Source of the DNA: Dipteris shenzhenensis
Lineage: Eukaryota
Length of the DNA: 64,000 nucleotides
Strand: one strand, 5' to 3'
NCBI GenBank assembly: GCA_047967505.1
Contig: CM106538.1
In this document: one piece after another, positions 36,116 to 46,829 of the stretch
Position numbering within the stretch: the stretch's first letter is position 1
Layout of the letters: each line of letters opens with the position of its first letter
The notes under the pieces: model-generated
Databases searched by the model: none
Told to the model about the DNA's origin: nothing
What the model saw: only the letters and a program-made list of their open reading frames with translations
Program-made: the position numbers and the translations under genes

Positions 36116-36458
36116 CATGAGAGGCCCACACCCCTTCGAGAATCTTTGAGAAAATAAGAGGTTCCATTGACATACAATGAGATGCGGAAGGCCTTGAGAG
36201 ACCTTATTGGTGTAGAAATGCTAGGAAGACCATACACTTTCTGCAGTCTTCTCTAGGCACTTCTAAGATTTGATTGACATAGCGTTCCAACATGAGAGGC
36301 CCACATCCCCTCGATAATCTAAGAGTTTGTGATGAGCAAATAAGAGGCTTCATTGACATACATGAGAAGTTGAAGGCCTTGAGAGACCTTATTGGTGCAG
36401 AAATGCTAGGAAGACCATACACTTTTCTCTAATCTTCTCTAAGATCTGATTGACACGC
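36116..36458. repeat. Diverged tandem duplication, period about 174 bp
   Basis: ACATGAGAGGCCCACA...GAAGGCCTTGAGAGACCTTATTGGTG.AGAAATGCTAGGAAGACCATACAC occurs twice. Confidence 0.85.
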
Positions 36459-36469
36459 TCGCATAAATT

Positions 36470-37735
36470 GGACCAAATCCGTTGGTTTCTTCATAGGCTC
36501 GGAGGACACCCAGGAGGTTCAAGATTGGGGATCTGATTTTGGCTTTCGTTGGATCCCGAGAGGAGAGATGGTGCATTACTTGGGCTTCCAGGTAGGCATT
36601 GACATTTTGGCAGAGCAGCAGTTCAGCCCGGTCCTAGAGAGTGTCAGCAGAAGCTCTTATACTGGAGCTCTACCAAAAACTCACTTGCGGGCCGTGCACT
36701 AGTGGTGAACTAGGTACTCTTAGCCATAGCCTGATACATCGCATCGTGTTGGTGTTTTCATCAGGTTTGCATGGGGCAGCTACAGCGCCTAGTACGAAAC
36801 TTCCTCTGGTTGGTATCGGATGGCACATGCAACACTAGAGCCAAGATGGCCTGGCAGACAGTGATCTTGCCATAGACGCAGGGACTTGGCATTATTAACC
36901 TAGAGATGCAGAGCAGAACCCTCTTGGGCAAGCAGGTTGTGAGAGGCCTTACTTTGGATGCGGAACCCTGGAAGCTCCTACTCCAGCAGGGGCTTCTTAG
37001 GAACACACCTCGCACTGGGGGCAGTGGTAGCAATCCTACAGGTGAATCTTCTCCGAGGCTCCGCTGACAGTGAGGGGCTCTCCGTTGATGCGGAGCCTCT
37101 ACAGAGTGTGGTAGAGATTGGCAGGATGACTCATATGGGCTAGGCTGGTCTTGCAGAGAGGAGTTTGAGAGACAATCTCTCATCTGGCACCCAGATGTCA
37201 ACGACCTAGAGGGGCGCATGCTGGGACAACAGACTCGTATTGGATGGGCACAGTGGGACAAGGGATTGGCCAGATCCTTTGGGACATGGAGATTACTTCC
37301 TAGAGAGATAGAGGCCCGCAGACAGGCCCTCTCTGACCTCCGAAGAGTAGCTATCAAGATGCAAGAGATTGAGGAGGTGATCCCAGACTGTTGGTGGGAG
37401 GGACTACGAAGCCCTTGGACCCCCCATTGCTGGTTAGGACAGGGGTACCGCCCCGGATCCGCTTTTTTCAGGAGTCTCTTGGTTCCCCCCAGTCTCGTTT
37501 CTATCGGGTGGGACCAGGAGGCTCATTGCAAGACGAGTCAAAGTTGGAGGATGAGACAGAGGTGGTTTTGGAGGACCTGGAGTGGCAGAGGGTTTGGATT
37601 GTGGGTCACTTGGGCAGGACTTGGTACATCGATCCCTCCATCATCTTATCGACTCTAGAGGGAGTGGTTTGGCGCCTTTGGATTTGTGAGGGTAGACCCT
37701 TGTGTGACCTTCAGTGGGACCCAGGGGAGTGATTT
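36470..37735 (+). mobile_element. L1-like LINE ORF2 fragment (post-RT region)
   Basis: YLGF motif and AKMAWQTVILP..GLGIINLEMQSR.LLGK.VVRGL..AEPW, homologous to the minus-strand LINE at 61061-64000. A further small RT scrap lies near 37950-38075. Confidence 0.8.
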
Positions 37736-38079
37736 TGGCTTGTAGACTATGTCTGGTGGAAGTGTAAGAAATAACTCACACAAAACCTTCACACGTGTAG
37801 TCAATAACAAGAAATAAGTAAACATCAATTGAAAGGTAGAAAATGTAGTAATAATGTCCATGGAAAAATGTGTAGGTGTGTGACACTCATTTCCAGAGGG
37901 CAAAGAGCCAACATGAAACAGTGGCAAGCAATCACCCTCAAGTATAGCCTATAAGATCTCAGCCAAGATTTCCCTAATATTATTTATGAACACGGCCGAT
38001 TTATCCAAGAACTAAGCATCGTAGACAATATCTTTACTATTTGTGAGACCACCGATTGGGCCTGCCATGAGTCTACCCT

Positions 38080-40905
38080 TGTCACTCTACGTCTCTTGGA
38101 TTTTCGTAGAAATAGAGATGTCGAGCTTTGTCATTCCAAGGAATTTGGACCAAGAATATTGAAATGATTGAGAATGGCACCCCTCCCCTCTTCTCCCACT
38201 TCCCCCCTTCGATTACGAATCCTCTCCCTTCCTTCCCTTTCCCTTCGGTACTTTCCCACTAGGCCTAAAAGCATGAACCAGGGGGCGCCTCTTTAAAAGG
38301 AGGGACCACAAGATTAAAAAAGGCACTAAAAGCACCATATTTAAAAAGAAAGCCTAAAAAGCTTGGTTTTTTTTTGTAAAAAAAACTTTTAGAAAGCAGG
38401 CCCTAGCTTTTTGCTAGGCCTAGTCTATAAAAGAAAGGTCCCATGCCTTTCAGATTCATTCAAGAGTTGTACTCAGCTTCATGCTGTTTTCAGAGCCAGT
38501 TGTACAAAGTAATTTCTATTGCAATAAAGTCCTTCGGGGGGGGGGTTCCAGCCCTTGCTTCTAGGTCCTAGTGTTGTGCGTGCTGCGTCTCCTCCTCTCC
38601 CTCTGTTCTATCGCGAAGAATCTTTGAGATAAGTGCTGTAATTCTGATTTTCAGATTTCAGTTTGTGTTTTCAGTCTCTATCATCGAAGTTCTTGTGAAA
38701 TATTGCAAAAATATTGCGTGGAAGTAGCAATCTCTGTTCTTTCTCTCCCTCTCTCAGTTTATTTTGTTCCCTAGAAGAAATTTGCTGCTGCTCCTTGTTA
38801 GATGAAGCTATTAGATGCTGTTTTTCCTTGTTATCTTTGAAATTCGAAATCTGTCTTGGTGAGCATCTGCTGTGAATTGAAGATCCAGGCTGGGTTTCTA
38901 CAAGCAGTGATTCTTTTTAGGGTTTCAAAGCTGAATACAGATTTTCATTTTAGGGTTTTTGGTCCGGTTTCAGTTCACTTTTCTAAGATGGTATCAGAGC
39001 CCTGGCAGAAGTTCTCAGGAAGTGGAGCTTGAAGGCAAGGACCTTGCTGAAGGACAACCTTGATTCATGCTTAGAGGAATTAGCTTTGGGAGTCTGAAGG
39101 ATTGTACCCAGGAGGGAGGCTTAGGTTCAGATAGGTGTATGACACTCTAAAACCCTTTTCTATTTCTGTTCATTATCATGGCCAATAGATACCAGATCCC
39201 AAACTTTGGTGAGAGAGGCAAGCTCGACGGGACCAACTACCCCTTGTGGAAGATGAAGGTCCGGAGCCACTTGGTGTTGAGGGAGTCGTGGGGGATTGCA
39301 ATGGGGATGGAGTTGATACCTTGGGCCACCGTAACTACTCTAGCCACATCAACCTCGGTGGTGGTGACAATGCTTACAGATCCTGTCTCAGTGAGAGCAT
39401 GGCATATCCGAGATGCGAAAGCCTTGGCTATCACCATGGGTACAGCGGTGGATGCGGTGCTACCGCATATTTAGATGGCAAACATTTCTTACGAGGCCTG
39501 AACGACTTTGAGAAATATATATGAGCTCGACCATGATGCGAGAATCTTGGACCTCAAGATGGAGCGCTATTCAGCATGAGTATTGGATGAACGGGAATCG
39601 ATACAGGAAACATCACCAAGATGAAGGTGGTGCGGGATCAACTGGCGGCAGTTGGTCAAAGGACGAGTTCATCCAGGATGGCAAGGCTATTGTTGGGAAT
39701 GCTTCCCCGGGGCTACCGTAGTTTTGTGACTACGATGGCTGCAGGGCATAGGGCGGTGCTGGTGACTGTCGAGGAGCTGATTCCACTATTGCTGTAGCAA
39801 GAAGCTCGAGAAAAGAAGTACGATGGTACGAACAAGGATGACAAGGCCTTGATAGCTCAAGAGCAAAGGCAAGGGCAAGAGCAAAGGCAAGGGCAAGAGT
39901 AAGTCTGGCAAAGGGAAGCCCAAAACTGACGATGGAGCGGACTATTTAGATGAAGACAACAAGAAAGTGCTTCTATTGCAATGAGCGATGACATTTTGTG
40001 AAATATTGCAAAAAGGAGAAGGCTGATCTGAAGAAGAAGGGTGCTAGCTCAGAGTCAGAGGAGTCAGCTTACGTGGTGATATAACTTTTCTTGGCCACTC
40101 CGTGTGCTGCTGAGATTAGGTAAATGGACCCTGGTGTTACTATCAAGATGTCAGACATTGAGGAATGATCAGAAGAGAAGTCAGGATTCTTTGTGAAGGT
40201 GATGGACAGTGATGAGTGCTTGGAATCATTTGAGTACTTGGCTGGTGTTACTAAAGCAGAGGGGGATTCTTCGATAGGACCTGAAGACTCAGAGTCAGAC
40301 GATGACTGTGACTTAGAGGGGGACAATAAAGAACCATAGTTGGAGCTTGATGGTCCAGGTAAACTGGATTTGTGCTTGGGATATGATGTCTTGGGTATTG
40401 TATTTGATTGTAGACCTAGCCAAATGGAAGACGGTTTGAAACAGACCGTGAGAGCTTGGTGCTTGGAGGACTTTAGGCTGTTCACCCATCATGAGAGGGG
40501 CATGTGAAGGATGGTACCCAGCAGAGTTAGAGCTCAAAGGCAGGTTTGTGATTGAAGGTGGTAGTGCCATCAGGTGTTGCCAAAGATTGGACTTATGTAC
40601 CGGACTAGTCTGCGAAAGCGGAACTGAACCTGGCGAAGCAGGAGCCACTGGTTGAAAAGCCAGAGAAGGACTATTCTGATATCGGGCCTTTCCAAAGGGC
40701 TACGACACGGGAGCTATTGGAGTATCGTCATTGACATGTTGTTGTTGGGCCAATGTGGGCCGGTTGAGATGGGGTGTTGGAAAATGCATGGTTACCCCCC
40801 ACTTGTGGGCCCCCAAATGAGGTGTGCATCGAGGGGGTGGACCAGAGAGAGAAGAAAAGCATGGGGCTGCCACATGGGCTGCCAAGTGGGCAGCAAGCCA
40901 AAGCC
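38080..40905 (+). mobile_element. Element H: degenerate gag-bearing non-autonomous Copia derivative (TR-GAG-like), C family
   Basis: PBS 38989-39000 and a leader homologous to element C. Gag from 39178 (KLDGTNYPLWKMK), knuckle CFYCNER*HFVKYC near 39966, pol vestige 40350-40770, LTR start TGTTGG at 40775. The left boundary is approximate. Confidence 0.75.
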
Positions 40906-41839
40906 TATTGTAGGTCTGTTGCCTCTTTCTCCTCCTCATTTGGGGGCTCACAAGTGGGACAGTGACCAATCTAATCCCAACATTCTATTAGTCCAAGTGT
41001 CTGCATTGGCTCAAGAGTGCTCCTTCATGGGTGGGGCTGACTGTGAAGCACAACTCTTCAACAACTCTGCTGCACCTTACCACTAATTTGGATCCATTGG
41101 GGGGTCCATATCCATTGCTTCCTTCACATTCGGACGGCTTGAGGCTCTGCTCCTTCCATTCGTTTTGCCATGTACCTGCTTTTCTTCTTTCTCGAGCTTG
41201 GATTCAAACGCTGCATGGTGGGGCAGTTAATGGGTTTGGAAATGCCTTGTCTTGGTCATGTAGGAGGTTGGGGAGTGTCAGAGGTTAGTTGAAGAGGTCG
41301 ACTCTCTCCCTTTCTTGTATGGGAACATCCGGTGAAGGAAGGGCAGGCCTTGGTCAAATGGACCATCTGCAGGAGTATGTTTAGCAATGTAGACGGCCAA
41401 AATACCATTTAAATATATTGCTGCATATTGGACAAATGTGAAACAAAAGGCAGCTTCCTGTGTACCTTACACCTACAGTACACTGCTGCTATGTCTGGCA
41501 CCTGCGTGCTGCTGCTATATTCTGCCTTTTCCAGCTCAGCCCCATGCTACGTTATATAAGGGATGGGCTGGTCTGTCCCCCTCTCCTTCTAGATGGTTGA
41601 CTAGTCCTTGGTTAAGGGCTGACCTGCTGCTGCCAACCAGTCCTAATTGGCCGACTTGCTTGGCCTATATGTAGCCCCTTGACCCCTCCATTGGAGTCCC
41701 TTTGTGGGCCTTTTTTAGCCTCAGGCCTGCCCTCTTCTGGCCCACCCAGCCCACATGGCTTGGCCCTTCATGCAGCCCTACCCAGCCCATATAACTGGGC
41801 ATATCGTGCTGCTGAAGTGCAGACACTAGATCTTTATTT

Positions 41840-43470
41840 TCTTGTCCTGCAAGACCGGATGTGTAGAATAATGATTCTCTTGCATGATAAAGCAATGCAT
41901 GAATGTGCATTTGCATCTCTTGCATCCCATCTTGACTGTTCTTGAGTTGGAAGAGCAGCAGCAGGAGTGCTAGAGGAAGAGGCATCAGGAGTAGTACCCC
42001 CTGCAGAAGGACCAGCAGTAGAGGCAACCACTGTAGCATTGGCTGGCCTCAGATCAGCCCCAGAAACAATATTCCACAAATGCTTTGCAACAAGAATATG
42101 TTTCATGAGATAAGACCACATCGGATAGTTGGTGCCATCCAACTTATCATCTTCACGAAGAACTCCAAATAAATCTTGATTGCTCCCAGCCATAGCAAAT
42201 GTGATACCCTGAAAAAGACCTGAAAACCCAAAAGCCTCAAGGCTATCACTGCAAAAAGCTGGCTGTCCAAAAATGACAGCAAATATCTGCAAATTTTCGA
42301 CCCAAATCAAAGGGAAAATGCAGATCTGACCCAAATGTGACTGTAGTAGGTAATGTTCACTGCAAAAACAGCAAATCTGGCAAAAGCCCCAAGTTTATTG
42401 AGGGCAAACAGGCCAAAAAAAGGGCAAATGCAGAAAAGCCCCAAATTTTGCTGAAATTTTTGCAAATGTGACCCAATGTATGCAAATCTGATTCAATGTC
42501 CTGCAATCTGACCCAATGTACTGCAAACAACAAGAGATTGCAGACCAAATCCCAAAGCCCCAATGTTCTTGTAGGAATTTGCAACCAAAGAAGCTGAAAT
42601 GAACTGAAAGCCCCAAAAAATACCAATGTCCAGAATGTAACCTTGCACGTGCAACCACCTGTACGGGGACCTTGAAAGATGTACTAGCTGTACGGACATC
42701 TCAAGTACAGTGTACAGTAACTGTACGGATCAAGTACAAATCAAGTGTACTATACGATGTACGGTTGAAGTACGGAGCTGGTACATGTACAATGGTACGT
42801 TGGTACGAAAATTGTACGGAACAGTACGTTCCCACGATGTATGGCTTGCAGTACGAACAAGTATGCAGGGCAAGTACGGAGTTGTACACCTACTCAGGTA
42901 CGGAGCTGTACTGCACAAGTACGATGGTGGGTACAAATCTGTACGAATGCAGGTGCGATACCTATACGAAAACGTATTGACGAGTACGGCGATGCAGGTT
43001 CATCTCTGTTCAGTTGCTCAGGTACGTTGTACGAAACTCAAACAGGATGTATGACGCAAGTACGTACGGACTGTACGAGACCTTCCGTACGCTTGTACGG
43101 AAGATGTACGGCGCAGTACGGGCTTGTGTGAAAGTCCGTACATAAGGTGATGCAGGGAGTTCGGGGGTAGGAAGACCAGTCAAAACCAGCTCTGATACCA
43201 TCGTAGGATCGCTTGAGAGAGAGAGAGTACAGATAGCAAAATGTAGCACAAGCCTTAGCCGTCACGTTAAACTTGGATTAGATAATAAAAAACAAAGGAG
43301 TACAAGGTACAAGTACCTAGACCTAAGACTAAGTGTCCTAGGTGTCACGTAGGACTAAGTGTCCTATGTGGCCTAAAAGACACTAACACTACAAGTGTCT
43401 TTATTTATGCCTACAAGGCACATACCATGGCCTATAGGGCATCACTAGAACCACCAGAGGATGGCCTACA
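41840..43470 (-). mobile_element. Element G: 5' part of a Copia element (LTR, PBS, leader, start of gag)
   Basis: LTR about 43201-43470, starting TGTAGGCCAT on minus. PBS 43189-43200. Gag MAGSNQDLFG..KLDGTNYPMWSYLMKHIL..WDARDANA from about 42194, truncated near 41845. Confidence 0.85.
42661..43141. repeat. GTAC-motif array in the leader of element G
   Basis: About 35 GTAC tetramers counted in 480 bp, against about 2 expected by chance. Confidence 0.9.
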
Positions 43471-43479
43471 AGAACTACC

Positions 43480-43710
43480 AACATCATTGGAAGATACAGA
43501 TTTAGGATTATCTATACTAGAAGCTCTTCTTCTTGCCACTAGGCCGGATAGCAAAGAAGTTTGTGACTATGTCTACTTAAAATTGGGAGGTTTTTAACAG
43601 AAAGACACTAGGAACGATACGACTGTGCTTGGCAGCGTCAGTGGCTTTCAACCTCTTTGATCAGAAGACAAAAAAGGACTTGATGAGCACGTTGGATACA
43701 ATGATTCAAT
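43480..43710 (+). pseudogene. Small Copia gag relic
   Basis: NRKTLGTIRLCLAASVAFNL resembles the Tnt1-type gag segment. Confidence 0.55.
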
Positions 43711-44258
43711 GTGAAGATGTCAGAAGGTGGGTCTGTAGGTGATCATTTGAATTAGTTCAATATGAATACAAGCCAACTAAGGTATGTAAGAGTAAACTTT
43801 GATGATGAGGCTCGAGCTTTACTGATTTTGTGCTCATTGCTAGAAAGTTGGGATGGCTTGGTCATGACTGTGAGTAACTCTATTTTTGTGTTAAAAAATT
43901 AAATTGTCTAGCGTAAACTCCAAAATTTGTCAATTCCGTAAATTTAGCTATAATTGGGCATGCTTTGAAGTTTGTAGCATTGTGCATCTTTTGCAGTCAT
44001 ACTACTACCATGGATATTTAAGTACTTTTGAAATTTGTAGGTATATTGAAGGTAGGCGATGTTTAGGTCAGCTTTTTACTATATGGTTTCTGAAATGATA
44101 TGTAGATTTACTATTGCTAACAAGGGCAAGAGAGAGTACACTATATTGTAGCTCAAAGCCTGAATTGGATGCACATATACATGCACAATGCACATGTAGT
44201 TTGAAGATGTTCATTTGAACTTCACTCTAAATATGCTTTATCTTTTTACCATGGGCAG

Positions 44259-44566
44259 TTTATTGGAGCCTGTTGGTATCTATTAGCAATTGAACGCATG
44301 GACACCTGTTTGCGGGAGAATTGTAAAAAGGAACACGGATGTAAACATGCTTATCTTTATTGCGGCAGTGTACTACAGGGGACGGCAGAATGGCAGGAAT
44401 GGCAGAATAATACTGGGGTCTTTAATCAGTGCATGCCGGGAAGCTCGGGAAGCAGCCCATCTTTCAACCTTGGGATTTATCTCAATGCATTTAGCTATGA
44501 CATAGTCTCTGCCAACTTTACAAACAAGTACTTCTATTGTTTGTGGTGGGGGCTGCAACAGTTAAG
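44259..44566 (+). CDS. CNGC: CNGC exon 4 (S5 to pore helix)
   Basis: Acceptor GGGCAG, donor AG|GTAAGC, 308 nt. Encodes FIGACWYLLAIER and FNLGIY...KYFYCLWWGLQQL. Confidence 0.96.
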
Positions 44567-45364
44567 GTAAGCAACACCTGTTTTCTGGAAGCTTGCTTGA
44601 AATGAACAAGGATCAAGAATAGTATCCATTTCTTCCCTTGTTCTTGGATTACAAAATACATCAGAATTCAGATGGGCTAGTCCCTTAATAATTGGGAGGC
44701 CCTTTGCCTTGTTTAGTCTTTCCAAATGCTGACCTTTATCATAGTTTGAGTCTCCCTTTCACCTTGAGCCTCCACAGAAACTTAGTGGAATGTATGCTCG
44801 TGTATACCAAGTACTTGTGTGACAGCATGTTTTATGATACTCTGCACTTACTAGCATGATGAGGATTGCTGTGTATGACATTTACAACTGTACTTTCCCC
44901 CCCTTTTTTTACATATACAACTGTACTTTTACTTTGTACTCTTACATGATGAATTTGGAGATGTTGCTGGATGCATCTGGTTAGGATATGCATGCTGCAA
45001 TTTTCACTTATAGATGATACATGGACAATTTGAATTCGATATTTCTGCTTTGTCATGGCTAAGTTCTGCCAGACAGCTTGTTGATTTGGGTATGAATGGT
45101 TATGCTACGGTGGATGTATCTACATGCATTTGAGCTGCCCTGTTCTTTTGGGATACAAACATAAACGGTTAGAGTATGGCATATAGTCATGTTATGCATG
45201 CCAAAGTTTATAGTTTGAAGCCCTATTGCTGGTCTTTGGCAACTGACTGTACACAATGTTGTTCATATTGATGTTTATAATGCTCATTTGGGAATAACTC
45301 TCGGTCTGCCTGTGGGTTTTGAAGGATCTAAATGACTAGTTTCTTTAGCTGGGTGTTTCTGCAG

Positions 45365-45476
45365 CTCTTTAGGGCAAAACCTGTCTACAAGCACATTTGT
45401 TGGAGAGATAATATTTGCTATTTTAATTGCCATTATTGGTCTGGTACTTTTTGCTCTCCTCATCGGTAACATGCAG
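45365..45476 (+). CDS. CNGC: CNGC exon 5 (selectivity filter and S6)
   Basis: Acceptor TTTCTGCAG, donor CAG|GTATGC, 112 nt. Encodes SSLGQNLSTSTFVGEIIFAILIAIIGLVLFALLIGNMQ. Missed by the ORF track. Confidence 0.97.
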
Positions 45477-45644
45477 GTATGCTAGATCCTGGATCTACAA
45501 GGTTCTAAATTTCATAATGTTCTTGATCATGTGCTTGTTTACTTGCTACTGATTGCATGGGAGTGGGGGGAAACTAATGTTGTTGGACTTGGGTTGGCAA
45601 GGGAATCTTGATTGATTTTTTGCCCTTGAAAATCTTATGTGCAG

Positions 45645-45881
45645 ACATACCTTCAATCTTTAGGGGTTCGATTAGAGGAATGGAGGGTAGCGCAGGGTGA
45701 CACAGAGGAATGGATGCGGCACCGGCAGTTGCCACAAGAATTACGTGAACGAGTTCGTCGATACAACCAGTACAAGTGGGTTGCCACACGAGGAGTTGAT
45801 GAAGAGGCTCTATTCCAGAGCTTGCCCCCTGACCTGCGTCGAGACATAAAGCGGCATTTATGCTTGGATCTTGTTTTACAG
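45645..45881 (+). CDS. CNGC: CNGC exon 6 (C-linker)
   Basis: Acceptor GTGCAG, donor CAG|GTTCTC, 237 nt. Encodes TYLQSL..RLEEW..DTEEWMRHRQLP..TRGVDEE..DLRRDIKRHLCLDLV. Confidence 0.96.
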
Positions 45882-46118
45882 GTTCTCTTTAAAAATAGAA
45901 AACAACTTTTTTGAGAGTGTGCTGTATATACATTTCTCTTCTACTCAATTTAGATTGGTGTGTATACATCAATGGTGTCTATTGTCTGTGGTTTCCTGCA
46001 CTACAACGGCAGACACAATGACCAGTGTCTTTTATATAAATAGAAGCAATATGCCATTCTACGGAGCAATTTGCAGAACATTGTTCTTACTTGGATGCTT
46101 TGTGATTTATATATGCAG

Positions 46119-46829
46119 GTTCCACTATTCAATGAAATGGATGATAGGCTACTTGATGCCATCTGTGAAAGGCTAAAGCCTGTTCTTTGCACAAAGGATA
46201 CTGTAATAATGAGGGAAGGGGACCCTGTTAATGAGATGCTTTTCATAATCAGAGGTGTTCTTGACAGTGTAACCACCAATGGGGGCCTTACAGGGTTTTT
46301 CAATCAAAGCAGTCTTGGACCAGGTCACTTTTGTGGGGAAGAGCTGCTCACATGGGTATTAAATCCAAAGCCCAGTGTCAACTTGCCGTCCTCTACCCGT
46401 ACTGTACAAGCATTAGGGGAAGTCGAGGTGTTTGCATTGACAGCAGAAGACTTAAAATTTGTGGCACTGCAGTTTCGGCGCCTTCATAGCAAGAAGCTAC
46501 AGCACACCTTTAGGTTCTATTCTCACCAATGGCGAACATGGGCAGCTTGTTTTATACAGACTGCATGGCATCGTTACAAAAAGAGAGTGGCTCTTGCAAA
46601 ACTTTACAACATGGAAACTGGTGATCTAGACGTTATGGCTAGCACAAATCAGGATACAAATACGAGTCTAGGAACTACTATTCTTGCCTCTCGTTTTGCA
46701 AAAAGTGCCGTGCGAGGAGTTCACAAACTCAGGGAGGTAAACAATATTGCTTCAGAGGACCAGTTCGTGAAAGTCCCAAAGCCTGAGGAGCCAGACTTCA
46801 GTGTTGATGGGGAAGAGGAACAGGACTAG
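46119..46829 (+). CDS. CNGC: CNGC last exon (CNBD, CaM-binding and IQ motifs, stop)
   Basis: Acceptor ATATGCAG. Encodes VPLF..LLDAICERL, REGDPVNEMLFIIRG, FCGEELLTW, LPSSTRTV, QFRRLHSKKLQHTFRFYSHQWRTWAACFIQ and PKPEEPDFS, ending in TAG. Confidence 0.97.
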   Translation, partial: VPLFNEMDDRLLDAICERLKPVLCTKDTVIMREGDPVNEMLFIIRGVLDSVTTNGGLTGFFNQSSLGPGHFCGEELLTWVLNPKPSVNLPSSTRTVQALGEVEVFALTAEDLKFVALQFRRLHSKKLQHTFRFYSHQWRTWAACFIQTAWHRYKKRVALAKLYNMETGDLDVMASTNQDTNTSLGTTILASRFAKSAVRGVHKLREVNNIASEDQFVKVPKPEEPDFSVDGEEEQD

